A stretch of 64,000 bases of DNA, from NCBI GenBank assembly GCA_951812585.1, contig OX638318.1, positions 1,501,058 through 1,565,057 on the forward strand, in the 5' to 3' direction. Within the stretch, counting starts at the first letter, position 1, and every line of letters begins with the position of its first letter. The position numbers and the translations under genes were made by a program. This document shows positions 37,848-47,048 of the stretch, piece after piece. This stretch comes from Rhodothermales bacterium (GTDB taxonomy: Bacteria; Bacteroidota; Rhodothermia; Rhodothermales; Bin80). Under the pieces are notes generated by a model, which was given only the letters and a program-made list of their open reading frames with translations, had not been told where the DNA came from and made no database searches.

Positions 37848-38163
37848 GATTCCCCCGATCTGGTTTAGTCCTCATACGGCCCCAATCGAAGAAAAATTAC
37901 AGTTAAGTATATAAACCCCTTTCTGATCTGGCATTGCGCCGCCACAGCAAACGGATGCGTAGCACGTCCGATGCCACGCATTGATCCTTGCGGTGCTCGC
38001 CGCAGGATATGTGCAAGCGCGGTCCTTCATGTAGAGCCAGTAATCTGCGGATAGTTTGGCAAAAGAGGTGCGCATTTGTGTTGCAATACGCCGTGCGCCT
38101 TAGTTTGCTCTTGATTAAGGGCTTCGTGCGCGCGGTGCACAGGGCCAGAATGCCGTTGGCAGT

Positions 38164-39309
38164 ATGATTGTGCACTCACTTCGACTGCGTCATTTTCGCG
38201 CGCACAACGATTCTCGGATGACGTTTGCTCCCAAAGTCAACGTGCTGCACGGCCAGAACGGGGCGGGCAAGACGAACATTCTGGAGGCGATTCACTACTT
38301 GTGTCTCAGCAAGAGCTTTCTGACGACGCAGGACCGATTGGTCCTGCGCGTGGGGGCACCCTTCTTTGAGCTAACGGGCGCATTTGGCGGCCAGCGGCGA
38401 AGCGCAGTAGAAGTACGCCTGCATTTCGATCCGAAAAAGGGGAAACACCTCTTTACCAATGGGGCGCCGATAGAACGCGTGGCCGACCATGTAGGCATGC
38501 TGCCCGTGGTATCGTTTGAGCCCGGGGACATTACCATCACCGCGGGAATGCCAGGTGAGCGGCGGCGTTTCGTGAACAACATCCTGTGCCAGGCGAAGCC
38601 CGCGTACCTGGAAGCGCTCACCCGCTACCGGCGGGTGCTGCGTCAGCGCAACCGCTTGCTGATGATGGCCAAGCGGCAAGGGGCAGCCCCGGACAAGGCG
38701 ACGCTCGCGTCGTGGGATGATGCGCTGGTGCAGCATGGAAGTCGAGTTATCGGAATCCGGGCGCAGTTTCTGACTGATTTCGCGTCATTTTTGCACGACG
38801 CGTACCGACACCTGGCAGCCATGGAGAAGAACCCCGCCATGTCGTACAGCGGCAGCGTTTCGGCGGCGCGCAGTTGGAAGGTGGGCGCTATTGAACAAGC
38901 CTTTCGAAAGCAATTGGCAGCAGCCGTAAAACGCGAGCATGCACGCGGGCAGACGCTCGTAGGACCGCACCGGGACGAGGTTAAGCTCACGGTTGATGGT
39001 CTGGAGCTGCGCCGGTACGGATCGCAAGGCCAGCATCGCACCTTCGGCATCGCCATAAAGCTGGCGCAGTATTTCTATCTGAATGATCGGCTAGGAGAGC
39101 CGCCCGTGTTGCTTCTCGACGATGTGTGTGATTCGCTGGACAGCAGGCGCGCGGAAGCGCTGCTCTTGCTGTTGCAGAGCGACCTGGTGGGCCAAAGCCT
39201 GATCACCGCAGCGGGATTGGAAACCATTCGGCGCTTTGTGCCCTTTGAAGCGGGGCCAAACCAGCGCTTGCGCGTACACGCGGGGGCCGTATCAGTGCCC
39301 GACGCGTAA
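38164..39309 (+). CDS. recF: DNA replication and repair protein RecF
   Basis: 381 aa. LRLRHFRAH...LHGQNGAGKTNILEAI Walker A, and a C-terminal signature/Walker B region (LLLDDV). Confidence 0.9.
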   Translation: MIVHSLRLRHFRAHNDSRMTFAPKVNVLHGQNGAGKTNILEAIHYLCLSKSFLTTQDRLVLRVGAPFFELTGAFGGQRRSAVEVRLHFDPKKGKHLFTNGAPIERVADHVGMLPVVSFEPGDITITAGMPGERRRFVNNILCQAKPAYLEALTRYRRVLRQRNRLLMMAKRQGAAPDKATLASWDDALVQHGSRVIGIRAQFLTDFASFLHDAYRHLAAMEKNPAMSYSGSVSAARSWKVGAIEQAFRKQLAAAVKREHARGQTLVGPHRDEVKLTVDGLELRRYGSQGQHRTFGIAIKLAQYFYLNDRLGEPPVLLLDDVCDSLDSRRAEALLLLLQSDLVGQSLITAAGLETIRRFVPFEAGPNQRLRVHAGAVSVPDA

Positions 39310-39339
39310 TGCCGAGGCACGACCTGCGGCAAGCGTTGG

Positions 39340-39783
39340 CTACTCGGGAGCGATGAAGAGCACTTCCCCTGAAGCAGCCATCTTGTTAGCGTCGTTGTAG
39401 ATATAGGTTCTTGCCATGATGCGCCGACCCTTTTTTTTCTTCTCGGAAATCTTGATCTCAACCCGCAGCATGGAATTGACAGGGACAGGGCGCAAAAAAC
39501 GGCACGAGATGCTCACCGCGATGCTGCCCCGGCCCGGAAAGTCATGCCCGATAATCTTGGAGAAGAGCGACAACAGGAAGACGCCGTGGACAATCCTGCC
39601 GCCAAAGCTGGTTTGGGCGGCGTACTCTGCGTCCACATGAATGGGATTGTCGTCGCCGGTGATCTCGGCGAAGGCTATGACGTCCGCTTCGCTCAGGTAG
39701 CGGTAGGAGGTATGCAACTGTCCGACCTCAATTGTGTCGAACGTGTGCGCTTCCTGGGCTTCAGCCACGGGATCTGAACTCAT
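39340..39783 (-). CDS. MaoC-like (R)-specific enoyl-CoA hydratase / hot-dog fold dehydratase
   Basis: FAEITGDDNPIHVDAEYAAQTSFGGRIVHG motif. Start at the ATG at 39783 (MSSDPVAEAQ), 147 aa. Confidence 0.8.
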   Translation of the reverse strand: MSSDPVAEAQEAHTFDTIEVGQLHTSYRYLSEADVIAFAEITGDDNPIHVDAEYAAQTSFGGRIVHGVFLLSLFSKIIGHDFPGRGSIAVSISCRFLRPVPVNSMLRVEIKISEKKKKGRRIMARTYIYNDANKMAASGEVLFIAPE

Positions 39784-40112
39784 AATCGTAGATTGGACTG
39801 CGCGCCAGACACAGGCACCTAGTAACATACAACTCTCCGGTGTGTTTCTTTTGAGCGTATGCAACGGTGCGTGCAAGAGCATTCAGATGGCATCATTCCA
39901 AGCGGGGCACTTGCCCCTCGGGCAGCACCGACACTAATGCGGGTCAGAGCCTTGGGCCGGAGAAAGCGGCGGGCAGCTGCGCATTCCCGCCAGCATATCA
40001 GCGCTGGCGCGGTGGCGGCGCGCGGCATATGTCGAACCGCAGGCACACCCGGTCAACGCGACTTGCGGCACCGGTTGGTGTGGGCGCTCGGTTCGCCTGG
40101 ACTCATTGAGCG

Positions 40113-41063
40113 GTGAAGCGACTCTCGATTGAGTCTCTGGAGCAACGCTGGAGAGGCTTTGCCCGCTCCAAGCGCGGCCAGCGCATTACGCGCACGGCCC
40201 GCACGGTGTTTATCGGCGGCATCATTGCATACCTGGCCTGGAAGCTTCGAGACGTTGGATTGGCCGAGGTGGCCCGCGGCTTGCCGCTGAAGCCGCACTT
40301 TTATGCACTCCTCTTGGTGGTGTACTTCATCTTGCCGGCTTCCCAGATCCTGGCATACCGTGTTACTTGGGCCTTCGAGCTGAAGCAGGGCATCCCGGCA
40401 TTCATCCAGAAGCGGATACTAAACAAGGATGTACTGGGTTACTCGGGCGAGGTATTTCTCTTTACCTGGGCAAGCTCGCATGTCCAGGCCCCGTCTGTGG
40501 AGCTGATGAAAACCATTCGCGATCAGAACATTCTGTCATCAGCCGCTTCCACTCTGGTGGTCATCATACTGGTGGTCGTATTCAACTTTACAGGGCAAGT
40601 TACGCTGACAGATCTGGTCGGAGAAAGGGAAACCGGGACCATGGTGGCGGGCGGCGCCGTCCTCGTCATTGTGCTGGCGATCATGCTGCGCATCTGGAAA
40701 TACCTGTTCGCCATGCCCTGGCGACCTGCGTCCATGGTGTTCAGTGTGCATGTGGCACGTGTCTTGCTAAGGCAAGCGGCAGAGATCGCCATGTGGCATA
40801 TTGCAATGCCGGAGGTGCCGATCACGGTCTGGTTCACCTACGCGGCGTTGACGCTCATTGTGACGCGTATTCCCTTTGTACCGGCTGCAGATCTTTTGGT
40901 AATGAGTATAGCGGTTGGACTTTCTAGTGTGGTAGGCGTCTCGGAAGCACAGATCTACGCGCTGTTTGGCGCGGTCGCGGTGGTGCACCGGGGCATCAAT
41001 TTGCTGTTCTTTGCGACCTTGCCGGCACTTGACCGTGGCGCAAGGAAGGCAGCGTCCCAGTGA
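40113..41063 (+). CDS. polytopic membrane protein (possibly flippase-like / lysyl-PG-synthase TM-region family)
   Basis: 316 aa with about 8 hydrophobic segments and a GTG start. The family assignment is from general resemblance only. Confidence 0.4.
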   Translation: MKRLSIESLEQRWRGFARSKRGQRITRTARTVFIGGIIAYLAWKLRDVGLAEVARGLPLKPHFYALLLVVYFILPASQILAYRVTWAFELKQGIPAFIQKRILNKDVLGYSGEVFLFTWASSHVQAPSVELMKTIRDQNILSSAASTLVVIILVVVFNFTGQVTLTDLVGERETGTMVAGGAVLVIVLAIMLRIWKYLFAMPWRPASMVFSVHVARVLLRQAAEIAMWHIAMPEVPITVWFTYAALTLIVTRIPFVPAADLLVMSIAVGLSSVVGVSEAQIYALFGAVAVVHRGINLLFFATLPALDRGARKAASQ

Positions 41064-41097
41064 CTAATCGCGCGCCCGGCGCGGCCAAGTAGAGAAG

Positions 41098-41841
41098 ATG
41101 CGGAGATTATTGCAGAGATGCGAGGATAGCGTCGTCAGGCGCCTGCGTCAGGCGGCGCTTGTCGGCATGCTTTGCGCCATAAGCGCAGCGTACGCGCCGG
41201 CCCAGCCCATAATCGTGGAAGACTTTTCGTACGATGAGGCGGTTCCGACGCATTGGCGCACCTTGTCGCGAATCAGCCGCTCGGCGCAGCCGCTGCCGAC
41301 CGTGCTGCAGCGTGACGACGACTATGTGGAGGTGGTCACATTGCAGGGAGAGAAGGTGCTGCGCGTATACACGCGCGACGAGACGGTGCAAGTGGCGCGC
41401 GTGAACGGCGAGGAGGGATTCGACTGGGATATCAGCGTGCACCCGGTGCTCTCCTGGCGCTGGCGCGCGGATCGGCTACCGAGCGGCGCACGTGAAACCA
41501 AAAAAGACCTGAACGATACGGGCGCCGCCGTCTACGTATCGTTCAACTGCAATGACTGGCTAGGACGCCTTTGCACCCTCAAGTATACATACAGCTCGAC
41601 GCTTCCGGTAGGCACAACCGCACGCTATGGACCGCTACGCGTTTTGGTTGTGTCGAGTGCCATGGATGGGCTGGGGCGCTGGCTGAACATCGAGCGAAAC
41701 GTGCGCAAGGACTTCAAGGCACTGTTCGGCAAGGAGGCACCTGACAGGCCCCTGTTCATCATGGTCTGGGGGGACACTGATAACACCCACGGAGTGTCGG
41801 ATGCGTACTTTGACACCATTGCGATAAGCCCAGGCAGCTGA
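41098..41841 (+). CDS. DUF3047-like secreted protein
   Basis: 247 aa with a signal peptide. LSWRWRADRLPSGARETKKDLNDTGAAVYVSF resembles the DUF3047 core as I recall it. Confidence 0.5.
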   Translation: MRRLLQRCEDSVVRRLRQAALVGMLCAISAAYAPAQPIIVEDFSYDEAVPTHWRTLSRISRSAQPLPTVLQRDDDYVEVVTLQGEKVLRVYTRDETVQVARVNGEEGFDWDISVHPVLSWRWRADRLPSGARETKKDLNDTGAAVYVSFNCNDWLGRLCTLKYTYSSTLPVGTTARYGPLRVLVVSSAMDGLGRWLNIERNVRKDFKALFGKEAPDRPLFIMVWGDTDNTHGVSDAYFDTIAISPGS

Positions 41842-41843
41842 CC

Positions 41844-44369
41844 ATGGAGCACATCTTCAGGTCGTTGCGGCCCATGTTCGTGGCGGTGACGCGCCGGCCC
41901 CTCATGGTAATCGGCATCGCTGTCGTGATGACCGTCGTGAGTCTGATGCTGGCGCGCAATCTCGTCATCGATCCTGACTTCGCAAATCTCCTGCCAGGGC
42001 ATTACCCCAGCGTGCAGGCCCTGGAGCGCATGCGGACGACCGTGGGGGGAGGCGATGTATCGGTAGATCTGGCTATCGAAAGCCCGTCTTTTGAGGCCAA
42101 TGTCGCCTTTGGAGAAGCGCTGGTGCCGGAAGCCTTGGCACTGCGCGAACCCAAGAGCGGCGAGCCCTTCTTTGTGCGCGCGGAGCTTCGACGCGACACG
42201 GAGTTCTTGCGGGACAACGGTCTCTACTTTGCAACAGCGCAGGAGCTCGATGAGGTGGTGTCCGGCCTGGAGGACGCGATTTACGAGGCCAAGCTGGAAG
42301 CCAATCCGTTCTTCTTTGACTTGGAGGAGGATTTGGAGGAGGAAGAAGAAGCGCAGGATGGCGCCGAGCTGCGTACCACCTTTGAGCGGATAGTGGGCAA
42401 GGAATACTACGTCTCGGAAGACAGCACCGTGCTGGTTGTACGCTTCTTTACAGCCGGCTCACTAACGGATGTCGGATACATAGAAACGCTCTACGGTGCA
42501 CTGGAGCAAACAATTGCCCAGCTGAATCCAACCTCATACCATGCACAGCTCAGTACGGTGCTAGGTGGGCGCCTTTGGCGTCATCGTGTGGAGGTGAGGA
42601 CGATCACGGATGATGTGCTTGGGTCTTTTGGTGCAGGGCTATTGGCGGTGCTCTTCACCATCATGGCCTACTTCTTCTACAAGGCATGCCAGACGCGGGG
42701 TCGCCAGTTTCTCACGCGGCGCGTGGTTCTGCTTGAGCTTGCCCGCGCACCGCTGACGGCACTCCTTATTGGCATTCCGCTTTTTGCTAGCCTGACATGG
42801 ACAGCAGCGGTGGCGTATCTGTCCTTCGACACGTTGAATCTGCTCAGCTCTACACTGGGCCTGGTGCTTTTTGGCCTAGGCATAGACTACGGCATCCATT
42901 TCTATGCGCGCTACATCGAGGAGCGGGTGGCGCATGATCCCGGCGAAGCGGCAGTGCGTACCGTGATGAGCACCGGACAGGCCATTGCAGTAGGCGCGCT
43001 GACTACGGCAGCGGCCCTCTACGCGCTTGTTATAGCAGACTTCAAGGGATTCAGCCAGTTTGGATTCATCGCCGGCTGTGGTGTGCTCTTGGCGCTTCTG
43101 GCGATGCTCATGGTGCTTCCCGCGCTGCTCTTAACCCTTGAGCGTGCCGGTCTTGTGGCGTATGCGCGGACCGGAGCACCGCTGGCAAGCCGCCGGGGCC
43201 GATTGCCCGGCGCGCGCGGCATGCTGGCAGGCTGCGTAGTCGCAGTGGTGCTGGCGCTGACCCAGGCGCCCGGCGTGACGTTCGAATACCGGTTCGGAGA
43301 ACTGGAACCGACCTACAAGGACTGGATACAGATTGCTACCAAGGTGCAGCGGGCTTTCTACGAGCAAGGGCGACGCAACCCAGCGTATATCGTGGTAGAT
43401 GATCCAACACAGACCCAGGCGGTTGTCGCAGCGCTGCGCAGCAAGATGGAGAACGACACAATGGTACATGTGGTCGACACGGATACCTTCACCACCACCA
43501 TACAATCTGTAGAATCGCTGCAGGAGCGGTTTCCTGTGGAAGCCGAGGAGCAGCACAGAAAGCTGCTCCGTATCGCCTACATCCGTGATACACTCCTGGC
43601 GGATCCGCTGATAGGCACCAGCGATGACATTCAAGCCCTGCGCCGGGCAGCGCAAACGCGCATGCCGATCGCCTTGGATCACATACCAGACCTTCTGCGT
43701 CAGCGGTTTACGTCGAAGTCGGGCGAGATCGGCAACTTTGTGACGATATACCCGGCCATCGGCCTGTCCGACGGGCGTAAGTCTATCGCCTTCGCAGAAG
43801 ACATAGGCGAGGTCACGACGGCGGATGGCGCGAAATTCTATGCGGGATCGTCGTCAATTGTGGCCGCTGATATGCTTCGCCTGATGCAGAAGGAAGCGCC
43901 GTACATGGTACTTGTTGCGCTCGTCATGGTCATGCTACTCATGTGGGCCAACTTTCTGCGTGTGCGCCTGGCACTGTTGGCGCTATTGCCGCTCTTGGTG
44001 GGTGTGCTGTGGATGCTACTGGCCATGAAGGTGATAGGCCTGAGCTTGAATTTCTACAACCTGGTGGTGATACCCGCGGTGATCGGCATCGGGAACGATG
44101 CCGGGGCCCATCTGGTGCATCGCTACCAGGAAGAGGGGCGTGTCCTAAAGGTGCTGCGATCTACGGGGGAGCATGTAACCATGGGTGCTCTGACGACGAT
44201 GGTGGGCTTTTCCGGGTTGCTCTTGAGCTTCCACCCTGGGCTGAATACGGTCGGGGCGCTGGCGCTGGTAGGCATCGGTACAACGCTGCTGGCCGCCCTT
44301 CTGCTCTTGCCGGCAATGCTGCAGGTGTTGGAAGACCGGCGCACAGAGAAGCAGGCCGCAGTGGGTTAG
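41844..44369 (+). CDS. RND-superfamily exporter, MMPL/HpnN-like
   Basis: 841 aa with two-fold architecture: a TM segment plus soluble loop plus 5 TM, twice. Glycine-rich LGIDYGIHF and GIGNDAGAHLVHRY segments. Starts 3 nt after the previous gene. Confidence 0.7.
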   Translation: MEHIFRSLRPMFVAVTRRPLMVIGIAVVMTVVSLMLARNLVIDPDFANLLPGHYPSVQALERMRTTVGGGDVSVDLAIESPSFEANVAFGEALVPEALALREPKSGEPFFVRAELRRDTEFLRDNGLYFATAQELDEVVSGLEDAIYEAKLEANPFFFDLEEDLEEEEEAQDGAELRTTFERIVGKEYYVSEDSTVLVVRFFTAGSLTDVGYIETLYGALEQTIAQLNPTSYHAQLSTVLGGRLWRHRVEVRTITDDVLGSFGAGLLAVLFTIMAYFFYKACQTRGRQFLTRRVVLLELARAPLTALLIGIPLFASLTWTAAVAYLSFDTLNLLSSTLGLVLFGLGIDYGIHFYARYIEERVAHDPGEAAVRTVMSTGQAIAVGALTTAAALYALVIADFKGFSQFGFIAGCGVLLALLAMLMVLPALLLTLERAGLVAYARTGAPLASRRGRLPGARGMLAGCVVAVVLALTQAPGVTFEYRFGELEPTYKDWIQIATKVQRAFYEQGRRNPAYIVVDDPTQTQAVVAALRSKMENDTMVHVVDTDTFTTTIQSVESLQERFPVEAEEQHRKLLRIAYIRDTLLADPLIGTSDDIQALRRAAQTRMPIALDHIPDLLRQRFTSKSGEIGNFVTIYPAIGLSDGRKSIAFAEDIGEVTTADGAKFYAGSSSIVAADMLRLMQKEAPYMVLVALVMVMLLMWANFLRVRLALLALLPLLVGVLWMLLAMKVIGLSLNFYNLVVIPAVIGIGNDAGAHLVHRYQEEGRVLKVLRSTGEHVTMGALTTMVGFSGLLLSFHPGLNTVGALALVGIGTTLLAALLLLPAMLQVLEDRRTEKQAAVG

Positions 44370-44550
44370 TCGCCCGGTTCAGTTTAGCAGCCGGGCGAGT
44401 CGCCAAAGGCGGCGGCCTTGCCTCCGCGGCATGGTGGATGTTTCCGCAGCACCACTACCAGCGCAGCTGGCTGCAGATTTGCGGAACGCCCGAAAAAAGC
44501 GTATGTATTATGCAATGTCCCTGCCACCTGCGAATTACACAGTGATCGCC

Positions 44551-45750
44551 ATGAAACGGATCACCTTACTAGTTGCCCTCTTTGTGATGGTTGCTGCCGT
44601 TGCGCCTGCGGCCTCGGCGCAGCTGCGCAGGGCCGAACGTGCGCTCAGTGACCTGAATTACGAAGAGGCCCATGCCATCGTCGAGGCGTACATAGCAGAG
44701 AAGCCGGAGGAACACAGAGCCTATGAACTGCTCGCGAGGCTGCACAAGGCGCAGGCTGACACCACGGACTGGGAGGTATACCTGGTGCACACGGAGGGCA
44801 TGGCAGCGGCCTATCGCAAGGTGCTGGAATTGCGTCCCCGCGATCCGGGCCAGGTAGGTCGGGAGCTGCTGCTGGCGTATCAAAACGCCTTCATGGGTGG
44901 CGTGGATGCGTTTAACGAAGCGCAAGCAGTGGCCGATGATGCATCGCGGGAGATGCTTTTCATGCAGGCAAGCTATCAGTTCCAGGCAGCCGCGCTGGTG
45001 ATGCCGGACTCTCTTGATCCGCATCTGAATTGGGCTTTTGCAGCCATTAGCGGCGGAGACCAGGAGCGTGCTATTGGTCCGCTCAAGAAAGCGCTGGAAA
45101 TGGGCCAGCCGGAGATAGACTGGTACGTCTATCTCGGGCGGATATACATTACCAGCGAGCGTGTGGAGGAAGCCGTGGACGTGCTGGAGGAAGGCGTTGA
45201 AACGTTTGGTGACAACGAGGATCTGCAAAGCCTGCTGCTGGCAGCGTACGCTGAGACGGGCCAGCACGACCGTGCTATTGAGCGCTACCGCGACCGAGCG
45301 GTAGCTATGCCCGATGACAGGATTACGCGCTACAATCTGGGCTCTCTCCTTTTGCAATCCGAGCAGTACGACGAAGCCATAGAGCATCTGCAGGCAGCAG
45401 TCGGCATTGATAGCACACACATCGATTCGCACTACAATCTGGGCGCGGCCTATATCAACAAGGCTACGGAGGTACAGGAAGAAGCTGTCGCGCTTGACGA
45501 GGCCTTGCGCGCGCAGCGCGATTCCCTTTCACAGGAAGAAATTGACGCGCGCCAGGAGGAAATCTTCGCGGTCGAAGACATCAAACGCGGGCTGATGGCC
45601 GAGGCCATCCCGTATCTTGAACGTGCCCGGGAGCTGGCAGTCGCGACAGGCAACGATCCTTCGGCCACCTGTCGGGCACTTTACCAGGCATACGCCCAGA
45701 CGGATCAGATGGAGAAGCTAGCGGGTGTCGAAGCCTGTGCAGGCTACTAG
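44551..45750 (+). CDS. TPR-repeat protein with signal peptide
   Basis: Start at MKRITLLVALFVMVAAVAPAASAQ. Multiple TPR-like repeats (YNLGSLLLQSEQYDEAIEHLQAAV, HYNLGAAYINKA). Confidence 0.7.
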   Translation: MKRITLLVALFVMVAAVAPAASAQLRRAERALSDLNYEEAHAIVEAYIAEKPEEHRAYELLARLHKAQADTTDWEVYLVHTEGMAAAYRKVLELRPRDPGQVGRELLLAYQNAFMGGVDAFNEAQAVADDASREMLFMQASYQFQAAALVMPDSLDPHLNWAFAAISGGDQERAIGPLKKALEMGQPEIDWYVYLGRIYITSERVEEAVDVLEEGVETFGDNEDLQSLLLAAYAETGQHDRAIERYRDRAVAMPDDRITRYNLGSLLLQSEQYDEAIEHLQAAVGIDSTHIDSHYNLGAAYINKATEVQEEAVALDEALRAQRDSLSQEEIDARQEEIFAVEDIKRGLMAEAIPYLERARELAVATGNDPSATCRALYQAYAQTDQMEKLAGVEACAGY

Positions 45751-45902
45751 TCTGCCGGCTGCACAGCAGCACTGACCAGACGCTGTCCCGCGGGATCCTG
45801 CAACAGGGTTCCTGCCATGTATCCGCGTTTCTGATTTTCGCGCCGCAGGCCGCTTAGCGTGTAGACGTTGCTTTTGAGCCTGTTGCATGGGCCAAGTATG
45901 AA

Positions 45903-47042
45903 CTAGGGCGCGGTGGCGTTTTTTGGAGGATGCGAAGGCAGCGCAGCATCCATGCGGTACGACCGCAGACTACTCAGCGTCCGCACGAAGCGGGCGGCAA
46001 TGGCGTCCCATCGGTACAGCGCAAGCGTATGCTGGCGTGCCTGAATCCGCAGTGAGCGAAGGGTAGACGGGTTATCCAACAGGTGTGTAATGATGTGCAC
46101 AAATCCATCCGCGTCGCCGCTCTCGACCAAGTGGCCGTTCACGCCTTCCGAGATAACATCCCTGATGCCCTCCAGCCGTGCCGCAACGGCGGGCAGGCCG
46201 CAAGCTCCAGCCTCCAGCATCACAATGCCGAAGCCCTCCATGTCGCCGGGCACCGGGATGTTCGGCACCACCAGTAGGTCTGCCTGGGCATAAAGGCGCT
46301 GCAATGCTGCGTCAGAGAGCCGCCCCAAAAGACGTACACGATCTGCAACCCGTGCGTGGCGGATCGCTTGCATGATGCGTTGCCGCTCCGGTCCGTCTCC
46401 GCCGACATGGTAATGTACACAGGCAGGCAGGCGCGGCATCACGGTGCGGATAAACCATTCAAAACCCTTGCGGCGCACCAGGCGCCCAACGCTGCAAAGG
46501 AGCAGAGTGTTCGAAGCGGAACCTTGATGTTCACGCATAGCAAATCGCTTCACATTGACACCGTTGGGAATAACGTGAATTCGGGACTCGGGCATGCCGC
46601 GCAAAGCACACGCCGCGCCCGTGGCACGGCTTACGGGCAGGACCGCATCAAGCGCACGCAGCGTGCGCCGAACAACAAGCCCCTGGTACGGGCCTTTCTG
46701 GGTGACATCTTTGCCGTGGGCGATGGCCGCCAGGACGACGCCGCGCCGCGCCGCTGCGCGCCGCACAAATGGGCTCAAAGCGGCGGTTACCATCGAAGAA
46801 AAGAGCACGGCGTCCACCTCGCCGCGCCGGACCTTCCGCCAGATGTGCACCATGGTGGGGCCGAGCCAAAGCGCACATTGGAGGTGATGCCATCGCCAGG
46901 CCGAGCGCAGCACCAGGCGGCTGACCAATACGTGCGCGGGGAGCGCATCCGACAGCTCTACGGCGACGCGCTGCATGCCGCCGATGCTGGCCAAGGGGCG
47001 GTCTCTGGGCGGAAAGGAATGCGATACGAACAGCAGCCGCAC
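45903..47042 (-). CDS. glycosyltransferase family 4 (GT-B, Glycos_transf_1)
   Basis: 379 aa. C-terminal EGFGIVMLEAGACGLPAVAARLEGIRDVI motif. Confidence 0.8.
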   Translation of the reverse strand: MRLLFVSHSFPPRDRPLASIGGMQRVAVELSDALPAHVLVSRLVLRSAWRWHHLQCALWLGPTMVHIWRKVRRGEVDAVLFSSMVTAALSPFVRRAAARRGVVLAAIAHGKDVTQKGPYQGLVVRRTLRALDAVLPVSRATGAACALRGMPESRIHVIPNGVNVKRFAMREHQGSASNTLLLCSVGRLVRRKGFEWFIRTVMPRLPACVHYHVGGDGPERQRIMQAIRHARVADRVRLLGRLSDAALQRLYAQADLLVVPNIPVPGDMEGFGIVMLEAGACGLPAVAARLEGIRDVISEGVNGHLVESGDADGFVHIITHLLDNPSTLRSLRIQARQHTLALYRWDAIAARFVRTLSSLRSYRMDAALPSHPPKNATAP

Positions 47043-47048
47043 GTCAGC

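Larger units (their letters stand above)
36688..37919 (-). mobile_element. IS1595-family (ISXO2-like) insertion sequence, copy B
   Basis: Near-identical to copy E along its whole length. The right end ...TACAGTTAAGTATATAAACCCC is intact. The outer ~6 nt of the left inverted repeat are degenerate next to murQ. Confidence 0.85.

Noticed and set aside
41484-41499. parS-like CGGCGCACGTGAAACC inside the DUF3047-like gene.
   Set aside because: Only 11/16 positions match, with just the right half-site conserved, and it is within coding sequence.
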